Position numbers and translations under genes: made by a program
Notes under the pieces: model-generated
What the model was told of the DNA's origin: nothing
The model's input: the letters and a program-made list of their open reading frames with translations, nothing else
Database searches by the model: none
Shown here: one piece after another, positions 36,496-47,407 of the stretch
Position numbering within the stretch: the first letter of the stretch is position 1
How the letters are laid out: every line of letters begins with the position of its first letter
Assembly: GCA_965655095.1 (NCBI GenBank)
Contig: OZ296657.1
Location: forward strand, 78,740,001 to 78,804,000
Direction: 5' to 3'
Length of the DNA: 64,000 nt
From: Haplodiscus bocki
Taxonomy: Eukaryota

Positions 36496-37410
36496 TCACA
36501 GTGGCAATCTTCGAAGTTTTTTAACGGGTCTATTGTATTTTCTAGTAGGAGTCCGTACTTTTGCAACTCTAACATAGTTGTCTGGACCGCTGTACACGTA
36601 TTGTACACGACATATTAGCCACTGGTGAGGTGGGGCGTTGTCATCGCCAATGTACACGACGTCACCAACTCGAAGAGTTTTCCACTGTTCAACTTGGATC
36701 GCTCTTGGAGTGAGGACGCAAGATCTTTTGTTTCCTCCTGATCCGAAACTGAAATAGCGAATTCGGTTTACGCACCCACCTCTTGCCAGGTGAACGTCGT
36801 TGCAATTTGGCTCGTCCCTTGATATCTTTCGTTGTTTTTGCATCCAGTCTCTTTCCACAAAAATAATCAACTGGAGAAAGAATATCTCCATTGTTTTGGT
36901 TAACCAGCGCTTTTCCAGTGAGACTTCGGTTGAGTACCGCTTCCCTCTGGAAGAAAAAATTAGACACTTTTCCGCAGCTGAGCACAATGCTTCCCTTGAT
37001 TCCTCGCAAAAACGTTGGCGCATTTGATGCTAACTCCTCATAATCCTACATCATCGGGAACTCTTGGTGGTATGAGGAAGCATTTAATGTTCCTTCCAGC
37101 TGTGCTTGCTTGCAGAGCGTTTTCATATCCGTCGTGTAGATTTTTCCGAAGAGTTACTATTTCAACTTAAGATCGGTGAAGTTCGATCCATTTGCTGTGT
37201 ATAAGAGGGAAGAGTAGCCCCTCCAGGAACTGATTCTGCGAACAGCAGCAATGCATGCATTCCCTGTAAGGTCAGATACAACCTCCGGTGCACTGCGGGG
37301 CTTGTGAAGCAAACAAGGATAACGGGATAAGCTTTTTGGTGGCTCCGTCTTGAAGTTCCCCTTATCATAAAGGTTCCACCGATATCCAGTCCCATATCTT
37401 CAGACACCTT
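36496..37410 (-). mobile_element. BEL/Pao LTR retrotransposon relic (integrase core + C-terminal DUF5641-like region)
   Basis: GLDIGGTFMIRG...KAYPVILVCFTSPAVH and LRVGDVVYIGDDNAPPHQW...GPDNYVRVAKVRT...RPVKKLRRLP are BEL/Pao hallmarks. Minus-strand GGGCGGTA|TGTTGG near 36354 may be the PPT/LTR junction. Confidence 0.85.
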
Positions 37411-37949
37411 CTCTAGAAATCAATTTCTTTGCTTTATTTCTCCCTCTAATTATTTGTTTCAATCGTAATCCAGCTCAAAAAAAACAGCTGCATCAGATAT
37501 AGGGCTGAAATCTTTGAAGCAGTCTTTAGAACTTGACCGCAATAGTTTGCTTGATAGCCGCACAACTCAGAGTGACTCTGATTTTTTCAAACTACACCGT
37601 TCAGTCAATTAGCTAACACTTCTTTTGGAAAGGCCTCGTTAGAAGTTTTGGAAAGGCCTCGTTAGAAGAAAAATCTTACTTCGCCACTTGATTTCGCTGA
37701 CGGTTTCAAAAACTTCTGTGTTAGAAAAATTACCAAAACAGGTTGTTGTGTTGTAGAGGAACCCATAACCTCTTCTGTTACTCTCAAATATGATCTAAAC
37801 ACTTTCATACCAATGACAATGGCCCCGATCCTGAACAAAATGAAGACAGCATTGACTGTAACTACTGTTGGCGTCCCTGTCTCTTTGTGAAAACTTCATA
37901 CTGGTCCTTTTGCTTCACTTCTTTATCCAGTGTTTGCATCAATCGTATT

Positions 37950-39350
37950 GACGATCGGGTTTCGCTGTCTCTGGAAAGTGTCTCACATTATTACTCTTAA
38001 AATGGATGGTCCAAAGAAAAATATTTAGAACTATCGTCCCATCAGCCTTTCACCAAACTTTTCTCTCATCTTTGAAGGTAATCTTTTTGATTACATTTAC
38101 TCAGCCATTCAAGACAAAAAGAATCAGGGACAAATTGGTTTTCAAACTAAACGTTGAGCAGTGCCGCAACTTATCGACTACCTTGAAACTATAAACGCCA
38201 AACAAGGGTGATTTCTCATTTGTTGTGTACCTCGACTATCTTAAAATTTCTGATGAAGTGCCTCACAATGTTCCAACCAACAAGCTCCATTCGTTTGTCT
38301 TCGACGACAAGTTCTTGAGTTTGAGGACATCTGGTCCCAATGGTTGCTCACAAAAAGTCTCAGATCACGGACATTTTTGAACTCCATTCGACGTCTTGAC
38401 TGATATGTCGCAAGGCTCAAATCCTGGTCTTCTTTATCTTCTGTTATTGAACAATGTCGTTCGTTGTATCTTTTTCAACGCCAAAGCATGGCTGTTTATC
38501 GATCGCCTCAAGTTTTTCCTAGAAACAGCCGATTTTTATGATATTCCCACCAAGTTACCCAGTTGGAACAATTCTAAAGAGCTGATGGCTAACCTCCCAA
38601 AAACACCAAAGGTGCATTGCAGGTCTACCACTGTTGATATATCTAATAATACGACTTCAAAGAATATTTCGAAATCGAAAGATCTGTGTGTCATAATCTC
38701 TTCTAACCTAATCTGGGTAAGTCATGTCGGTGTACTAATCAGTGAAGCAAGAAAGTCTTTTGTCCTCCCCAAAGCAATGTTACCTTTATTTTTTTACTTT
38801 AGTTACACCATTACCTTTAATTACACCATATAGAACGGAATATACTTTTTTCGTGTCTTCGGTCTTCCCTCTACTTATCTATGGTTGAGCTGTTTACAAT
38901 CCGAGTATGGCTGCCTCGAAGAGAATAATCTTATCGAAAAGTTCGTTTCAAAAGGATTTTAGGTTATGGAGAAGGTTACAATGTTATTCTGCAAAACAAC
39001 AATGTTGTCCCCGTTGTCCTTCACTTTAAATTTAAATCCCATACGCTTCTTACTTTTCTGTTTCTTGGGAACTATAAAGATGATAGTTGTAAAGTTGTGT
39101 CCTACATTTTCAGCTCTAGTCAAAGAAGACAAGGGCTTTATTATCCTCTACAAGTATCATCAGTTTCTAAACCGTCCCCCTTTAGCAGTGCTGCTATGTC
39201 ATCAAATTTTTCGCATTGGCACTCAATAATCGACGAGCCCAACTAATCTTGCATTATAGTGTATAAAAATTTTTTATCAGAGGCGTTCGATTATTTATAT
39301 ATATCCATGTACATACTACACTTGTTGCTATGTCATGAATGTTTTTTGTT
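37950..39350 (+). mobile_element. Decayed CR1-type LINE RT fragment
   Basis: VVYLDYLKISDEVPH (like YLDFSKAFDKVPH), MSQGSNPG (like VPQGSILG), LFIDRLK (like LFADDLK), KDLCVIISSNLIWVSHV. Boundaries are approximate. Confidence 0.7.
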
Positions 39351-39490
39351 TCAAAAGTACGATTTAGTTATTTAAATCTGGTTTTAGGTGAAGGAAATCA
39401 AGTCTCTTTCCCCCCTGCCCCCTCTCTCCCTCTCTTTCTTTTGAAGTTTGACGTATCAACGGCAAACAAACGTCTGGAAGTCCCCCGCAA

Positions 39491-39524
39491 CATACATACA
39501 TACATACATACATACATACATACA
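39491..39524 (+). repeat. (CATA)8 microsatellite, possibly a retroposon tail
   Basis: Perfect tetranucleotide repeat. Confidence 0.95.
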
Positions 39525-40393
39525 ACTTCAGAAAACTGAAGTTCGCTGTTCTGTGGAGATGCAACGAACCAACTGTTTTTCTTGAGTGTCGATTAATCTG
39601 ATGAGTCTGTGATGTCGAAAGGACGAAGAAAATCCCAATCTATGAAAAAACTGGCGGTATTGAGATGGGAAACGTCTAGAACTGATAAAACAGTGTATCA
39701 TTTGGTACAGTGTAACACTCCAATTTAATGAATCTTTTCAAGCTGAAACAACCTGAGTCCTTAATTCCTTACGCGAGTGTGTTTTCTGTTAGCCCAATCA
39801 GTGGTTAGTTGCCACGCTGACGATTTCTCGATTCCAAAAATACCAGACTATCCAAAGCTCCGGACAGTTTTTGTCAGCCATGTGTAATTGTACTTTTTCA
39901 GCGCTTTGAATAGTCGATTCATTTGGCCCGTTGAATGTTCGGCGCGATGAAAAGTTCAGCCAATCCAGAAATTACAGTCAAGACCTTATCTGCGGGTGTC
40001 TGACTGATCCTTACATGTCAGCTGACAATCAATCGAACATTATTCAATCATCACAGTCTTAACCTGTTTACAGCTCGGCGTATCGATGAGTTGGTGCGCC
40101 AAAAAAATTATGGAGGTATGCGGCAGTACAGTAGCTCTAGCTACTCTTGACATACTAAATTGGGTAAAACTTTACCTCGAAATAAATGGCGGAAACCATA
40201 GTACGTTGCCTTCAATTTATGCAATGACTTTTGGTTCGTAGTTACACGTTTGTTGAAACTCATGAAATTGTATTTATTGGCCGGCGTGTATATTTTCTTC
40301 CTGAGGCAGAGATAAAATCGAGAGCTCAGAATTTTTTTTTGGTCTGGATTAGTGCTCAAAACAAAAATGATTGAAGGTAAAATCGACAAAATA

Positions 40394-40857
40394 TTGTTGT
40401 TGTAGTGGATTTATACGACACTCGTCGATGGGATCACGCTCTCTCGCTTCTTCATTAAAAAATTGTCCATACGTTTCTGCACTTTTGACTGCCACAACAG
40501 AGTTGCCAAGTGCAGCTATTTTAATCAGAGATTTGCCGTCAACATACTTCAAAATCAGTTTCAGCAGTCGATTTTTCAGCCCTTCGGGTTTCGAGAAGTT
40601 CACTTCATTGTCAATTCTGTTGGCTATTCTGCAGTTTCTATTCAGAGAAAATTCAGTTTTCTGTTGGTTTTTTCGATTCTTCGTTTTTGTAGTTTGAAGA
40701 GTTTGTTTTTCTTCCTCTTTGTTCGTTAATTTCAGGTAGGTCAATATGTTCGCTATTTTCGTTGACCAATTTTCAGAGCGTTAGAAGATTGTTCAGCTGG
40801 TGGTACATTGGCAGTGGAAGAATGTTCAAGAGCCGCAGCTGGCTCGCGTAGTGGGCA
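40394..40857 (-). mobile_element. 5'-truncated LINE 3' end related to the 32.6-35.5 kb LINE
   Basis: Minus strand encodes YASQLRLLNILPLPMY...RIANR...GLKNRLL...SCTWQLCCGSQKCRNVWT, versus YKRQLSTLNLLPLPMF...VCTWQAACDCHQCRDLWT in the full copy; ends ...CTACAACAACAA. Confidence 0.85.
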
Positions 40858-41463
40858 TAATATGAAAACGTTTATCAAATATCGAAAGTTTATTCGAACA
40901 GAAAGTTCCTTTATAACAATAGGAAAGTTACAATGAACTTTGAACTATGAAATGACATTCAATATATCACATGGAATCCGAACAGAGATTTTATCCAGTC
41001 AAGATTTTTGGGAACTCTTGAGGAAATGAGAAACCTTAGATTTTTGTCTGGATATCAAGCCCAGTTTTGACAGGTCCAGCACGCAACATTCGAAAAAGTG
41101 GACCGTGGTTTAACGTAATTGGGAAAGTTTTTCTGGCTTCAAGATTAGGCTCAGCGAATTGCCGCAAAAAATTCTTTTCGGGTTAGTTCACTGCATTCCT
41201 GTAGGCCTTTATTTGGGCTGTAGAGTAATTGTTTCATTTCTACCTCACTCAAACCCCAGATTCCATTTCTAACTGAAAATACAATTTGATTTAGCTCCTT
41301 ACAATTTTCATCTCCACACTAGCAATATGCTCCTTGGTGCTTCTTTTTAATAATAATACCTTGCTTGATTCATAGTACGTACCTGCACTCTAGTTCAATT
41401 TCCACGAATATTTTAGTGTGTTATAACTTCAAACTTTATTGAGCTCTTTATTTTTAGATCAAA

Positions 41464-43210
41464 ATGCCGGATCAACAGACCGAATTTTTCAATTTTGGAA
41501 AGTTTCTCACGAAACTCGGTATACAAGATAAAGCTGTTACTCTAACTGAATCGCGGGTGATGTTCAATCAGATTTTTCTGTGGTACCTTGTCAGTTCGTT
41601 TTTCGTCCACTTTGTTGCTGCTGCTATTGCCTTCTGTTTTCTGAAAAAACATCGCTATGCAAGGTTACTTTTCCTAAAAATGTATATAATGTATATGTAT
41701 TAGAGATAGAAATTGAGAGCCTGATTTGAAATATTCGAGAAACTACAGGATGGACTTTAAAGGCGTTAAAAGTTGGTTTAACGTCGAAAAGCTACAAAAT
41801 GTAATTCAAAGGAAAAACAGTGATTACTCTTGAACACATAATTGAAGGCGGGAAGTTTTTTTTCAGGAAAGTCGTAGTAAATAAATAGAAATTTTCGCGA
41901 GACCACTATTTTTTTTCGCTATCAAGACTAATAAATCTATCAGTTTGATGGAGGAAATTACAGTGGGTTATGTAGACGGAGAACATTCACTGAAAGGAGA
42001 AATGCGTGTTGGAAAGCGGCTTCTGCTTAGTTTTATCCTGTCCAAGAACTTGAATTTTTTGACGTCATCGGAGTGTCAATCATCTAGTGTAAACGGTCAA
42101 AAACGGCCTCTATTTGGCAGGTACTTGTTGTTTAGCGTATTTATCTGAATTTCTTTCAATTGAGGTATATGTGAGTGCTTTAAAATTGACCGCACTGAAA
42201 ATAAAAAGAAATAGGTACTTTTGCTTTTCAAGGGAATTTTAGCTCTTTCGTCTTGCAAATCAGCTTTTTTTGCTACAACTTCATTAGAAAGCGATACAAC
42301 TGTATATTTTTTTTCAATTTCCTCAAAATTTTTCAAATGTTGGGAAAGAACGTATTTGAGAAAGTTCACTTTTCTAAATCAGTTATAACTACAATTGATG
42401 CATCAAGTAGAATAAAAACGAACTTCTACTGTTACAAATTCTCTCTTCAAACAATTGTTTCGAGCTTCAGTCTTGTTATAGGATCTACTTTTTTGAATCA
42501 AAAGAGAGCCTCCGCGCCATAGGATGCCATGTTTTTCATTTGATAGCCTCAAAATGCGGTTTTACAATTCTTGTACTTCGATATTCGAGCGCAGCCAGGG
42601 GCTATTTTTTCATCCTAATATTTTTATAAAAGGCTTTTCACAGCATATTTGACACCTCCAGGCTATGAGAAATATTACCATTTTATACAGCGAATTTGCT
42701 GTAGATGTTGAAATTTTTCAAAGTGAAAATAGTTGAATGTTGCCAGAGTCGTGTAATTCGTGAGTCTTTGTAAAAAGAAACGCACGCAGTGAGAGGATGA
42801 TTTTTCTTCCATAATAAAGTATGGGTAAAAATAATGAGCGAAAGTGTTGTAACATTCGGAATAGGAAAAGTGATTTTTCAAGAAGCGAATGTTTAGTAAG
42901 CCAGCAGTTTTGTAGAGAAATACGTCTTTTCACATTTGTCGATGCGGAAAATTATTGTTCGATTTTAACCAGACGTTTTTCATAGAATGAGCTATTTTCA
43001 AACTGGTGTTTAAGGTATTACTTCGTGCTGATACTTGTTATGGGATTAGTTGGGCCATGTACGAATGGTATTGTAACCTCTGCCCTCATAGCAATCTTCT
43101 ACAAATTTGGAGGATGGGTCATGCCACCTTATTTCCCTCTCTGCTTCGGACTTGGTCAAACTTTTTCTGTTATATTTTTGTCTTTCTTTAGTATACCAGC
43201 AACTTTATAG
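41464..43210 (+). CDS. TMEM170: Transmembrane protein 170 family; exons 41464-41663 and 43015-43210 (131 aa)
   Basis: Spliced product ...IFLWYLVSSFFVHFVAAAIAFCFLKKHRYAR/YYFVLILVMGLVGPCTNGIVTSALIA...GLGQTFSVIFLSFFSIPATL matches the TMEM170A pattern. The GT..AG intron 41664-43014 preserves frame; AATAAA near 43267. Confidence 0.93.
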
Positions 43211-43675
43211 AATACCAGTCGACATTAATAATGGTGCAGTATAAATTTGGTGCATCTCAGCGTTTAAATAAATTAGTTTCAAATTTTCTCGTGCAAGAAA
43301 TATGTGTTTGATTCATTTTTTTGCCTGAGATCCTGCGATCATTCTTTCTGGCGTGTGTCCTTGCGACAGAATGTTCATGATGATTATAATATGTCCTCTA
43401 TCAAAAGTAAATCTTATAAATTAGGGAAACGAAACGAAAGATTTTTCTGAACGTTTTCGAGCCTTCTAGATCAGTAGAGTATTTAAGGAATTCGAAAACA
43501 GCAAATTGTTTAGATATACCACCTGCCATGTACTGATAGTTTTATCAGTATTATTTGAGAACAGTAAACCTCCGAATCGACCTCCGAATCCGTCGAACCT
43601 TTAAACTATCAAATAATCACCTTTAAATCATCAATAATTTTTTTCATATTACTACACTTGCACAGGCAAATGTTA

Positions 43676-44316
43676 TATAACAATTGCTTGTTTTCGTTCT
43701 TTTGATTCTATTTTGAATAGCTATCGAAATGCGCGGGCGATTGTTGGGGTTTTAAAGTTGCTATCTCTTGGCGTTGAAAAGGGGGATATCTCTATTGAAA
43801 AACAAATTTGCAAAAAGAAGAAACGGCTTTAATTAGTTTTAGTTATAGTTAAACAGAATTTTTACATTCTGTGCAAGACAATTTATCAGACAAGATAGAA
43901 TGAGAAAAATTACTCGACTTACATTTCAGTGGTTGAGGGTGGGTCTGAATAGCTGAGTTTTTACTTTTTCGATATTTATTTCTGCAGCTGCAAGTTGCGA
44001 GTCAGGTGAAGAGCAGATGTAAACAGTCAAAATAAAACAATAATAGCTCATGAAAAGTAATATTTAAAATAAAGCAACAATAGATTTAAACAAAATTCAC
44101 ATTTGCACTTTCAATATGCAGGTGAAATTAATAAATATTAAAGCGCTAAGCACAAAGACATATGAACGTGTTTATATTTTTAACGGTTATAAAATAACAC
44201 AAGAAAGAAATTGCAGCAGTCTTTTTTATTGTATATGTAGCTGAGTCTTTCCCTTTTTTTGAAAAAGACATTAAAAAAGATATTAGTCATCGATTTCTTT
44301 TCTCCGCTCCGTTATA
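43676..44316 (-). repeat. Element B 3' LTR
   Basis: Direct repeat of 54498-55140; termini TATAAC...GTTATA. Confidence 0.95.
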
Positions 44317-44328
44317 CTACCCCAGCCC
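44317..44328 (-). promoter_or_regulatory. Element B polypurine tract
   Basis: Minus strand GGGCTGGGGTAG abutting the 3' LTR. Confidence 0.75.
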
Positions 44329-44343
44329 ATGTAGATTGTGTCC

Positions 44344-44884
44344 TCACAAGGTAACTGTCGCGGTGTAGGCTATGACGGAGGGGTTGCAGACCATGCAGGT
44401 TTGAAGTCGTTGAGCGCGCCGGGCGCCGTCCACACCGCAGCAGTTGTAGACTTGGCGCAGATGTCGGTTTAGGAGGATAGTTTTGGCTTCTTGAACAAGG
44501 GGGACAAGTGGGGCTGTGCTGGTGGGTGCGCTGGGATTTTTGTCCGGATGAATTAATAGAAGAATGTGACGGGCGTGCGAGTTAAGAGTGTCAGCTGAGG
44601 CAGTTGGTGAGCAGCATAAAAGGTCATATAACATGGGACTCTGGTGCAAAGTCGAGGGTCGTTGCGTATGTAGACAGTTGATGGAGTAACATTTCCTTAT
44701 ATGCCTCATGGACTTGGGGATTTACTGCAGCGGCCTTAAAAGAAGACACTTGTTCAGTTAACTCGAAAGTACGAGCAAGCAAGCTGGAGTTTTTTTCATT
44801 CAGAGCAGTTAAACGTTGATTTAAAGCAGTAATTTTAGTTTCTTTCTCTCGCAGTTCTTGCACGGTTTCCCCGAGAACCAACAC
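44344..44884 (-). pseudogene. Element B accessory gene: coiled coil + DnaJ (J) domain, one frameshift
   Basis: LYDLLCCSPTASADTL...LLLIHPDKNP...VQEAKTILLNRHLRQVYNCCG is a J-domain with intact HPD. Removing 1 nt near 44635 joins it to coiled-coil ORF 44624-44884. Confidence 0.85.
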
Positions 44885-45646
44885 CGAGAAGTGTTCTTAG
44901 CGGCCGCGTGGGCTTTTTCAAAGCCTTTTTGGAGGCACTGCACTGCAAATTACGTCACCAGAAGCTCCATGGCCTGTTCTGCGTCCATGGATGCTTCGGC
45001 AGCTACATCAAAGGTGTCGGGGAGGACAGGAGGTGGTAAAGGAGGGAAGCACAGACAATTTTCAGTGGGCTCGTTGACATTCACACTGATGGAGAGGGAA
45101 GTGGGAGGAGGAGCTGGTTAGCTGCGCGAACAAAAGGGCGGTTCTGGGGAGCGTTGATTTTCTTGAGAGTGACATTTTGGGATGTCGTGTTGATTCGAAT
45201 AACACGATACTCGAAAGGATCTAGCAGTCGTGCGAGATGTCCAGGAGCCAAGTCCGCGACGCGGCCAGAGCAGGTGACGAAAGGGGCAGCGCGGAAAGAA
45301 ACAGCTGAAGAGAGCCTGAAACAGAAAAAAATTGATTGACTTTTGTTACGATTTAAAATGACAGACTGTACAAGACAACATGCAAACAACAGCAGGGATG
45401 GGGCACGGGAATGTGTCCAAAGGCCCCGATTCAGGAAACTCAAACAGTAGGGAGGATCTTAGGCGATAAGTGGCACCGTACGGAAACGCACGTTGAAAGA
45501 CACTAGCAAAGCTAGGTGAAAACATGAACAGGGTTGAGAAAGTAGCACGGAAACGTGCTTAAAGACACCAAAAGTTGGGAAAATTAGTGTATGAGCATGA
45601 GTTATGTTGTTGGAGGAAATTGTACGGACACGTACAAAAAAAGACA

Positions 45647-47394
45647 TCAACCGAAGTTGAGTAAAAGCGTAGGCGAGCTAAAAATGAAGGATGACATGTG
45701 TAACAGTATGATGAAAGTCGCGGTGCGTGAGATGTGATACATGCCATCCACAAGATAGAAGGCTTGTGGAGCGTCGGGCAGCAGAACTGAAACGACTTGA
45801 CAGTTGCGGAGGGCTGGGATATCGTATTTGTAAATGAGTGAACCCAAACAAAGGAGTGTTTCATCTGTTGTTGTGTAAAAACCTTTCGGCAAAGTTTGAT
45901 TCGATTGTTCCCGGAACACTGTTGCAGTGTTAGCGCTCCAAGCTCAGCAAACCTCGTGTTTTCGGTGGATATTGCGAGAAAAGGATTTGTGAAAATGTAC
46001 AAGGAGGCTTGTTTTCTCGTCTTTATTCGGCTGATATAACGGTGTGGCATGGTATATATCAAATGTTGAAGACTTCGAATTCATTGGTTTGCCCAAAATA
46101 ACGGATATGCCACGAGGAATGAGCGTGACCTCTAGGACAAGTTGTATTTCGTAATATATTGCCTCAAAACCAGGGCGTATTGCCGGTGACAACTTTGTTC
46201 CACGGGCTACTTCGTCATCCGTTAACTGCTTGATAATTTCGGCAATTTGTTGGCGTAACAAAAATTGTGGCGTGATATAGCCACCAGCTAACGACGAGAT
46301 TGTTGAGAAGAGTGAAATGTTGTAGGCAAAAATGCTGCGCGGTATGCTTTCAAATGCGTGTATAGTGTTCCCATTTGGTACACGTAATGCCTGATTGGTT
46401 GCAAAAGGTGCATGTGTCGTACAATGACGTGGTCACATGCGAGGCTAGTACGGGCCAAGAATAGTGTTGCGTTTACGAGGTAGAATTCCATGTGTTTGAA
46501 TCGTACGTCCACTACTTCCTTCAACGTGCGAACACTTTCCTGTGTTCTTTTGATTTCTTTTCCCAGTAGGAAGAAATTCTTATCGTTTCTCGTTTGCACA
46601 CGTTCCAAATTTTTGACAATTGCGTCCTGTGTGCGCATGATGTTGTCCACATCTCGTGACAGAGCATCGTTGTTTTTACAGAGGTTGAATATTGACAGCG
46701 CATTGCATGCAGCATTTTTAATTGGTTCTCCTTGAACTAATCCGGCGCCGGCTGCCACTGCTGCAATCGCTCCAATAGCTCTGCGTGATCGGCCACCCGG
46801 TTGTTGGTCCCTTCGAGCACCGGGCGGAATGAAGGAAATGGCTACGTCGAATAAACTCTTTTTCTCTTCCAACGCTGCCGTCAGCTCATATTCTAAAAAG
46901 CTAACTCTTGTTTCAAGTTGTTGGAGAAGGAGGGCATATGTTTCATTGAAATACATATACTTGCAGTTTTCATTGATGTACATGACAACAATCGAGTCAG
47001 GGGCCCGTTTGAAAGCTTCAACCATGTATCTTGCTTGGGTCAGGTTAATTGCCGGAATCCGAGGGAACGGTGAGAAATTACGGGCTTTACTCTCGCTTTC
47101 GGAGGTAACCGCTTGATATTTGAAAACAAAAGCAGCGCCTTTCTTGAAGACTGGTTTAGCCAAATCATCACCCACATGAGTGGTAAATTGCATCTGGAGC
47201 TTGATTAAGGGCAAGAAGACACTCACTAGTAGAACCGGGGGATTCAGTTGCCTTATTGAAGTGACTCGTTTGGATTTTTGAGAAATCCTGAAACAACAAC
47301 GACGTGGAGGAATTGCGCAGAGATCCTTGAAAGTAAGGAAAATAAAAGGTATATAAATGCGAGCTTGTGTAAAAAAAACAATAAAGAAGTTCAT
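45647..47394 (-). pseudogene. env: Element B envelope, class I fusion protein, frameshifted and apparently C-terminally deleted
   Basis: Furin site RSRR followed by the hydrophobic fusion peptide AIGAIAAVAAGAGLV and heptad repeats; downstream Cys-rich region (LQQCSGNNRIKLC...LLCL...RNC) across ORFs 45944-46261, 45559-46062 and 45647-45919. Confidence 0.85.
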
Positions 47395-47407
47395 CGAACC
47401 TCTTGGT

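Noticed and set aside
37624-37668. Short tandem duplication TTTTGGAAAGGCCTCGTTAGAAG x2
   Set aside because: Ordinary local slippage with no further structure.
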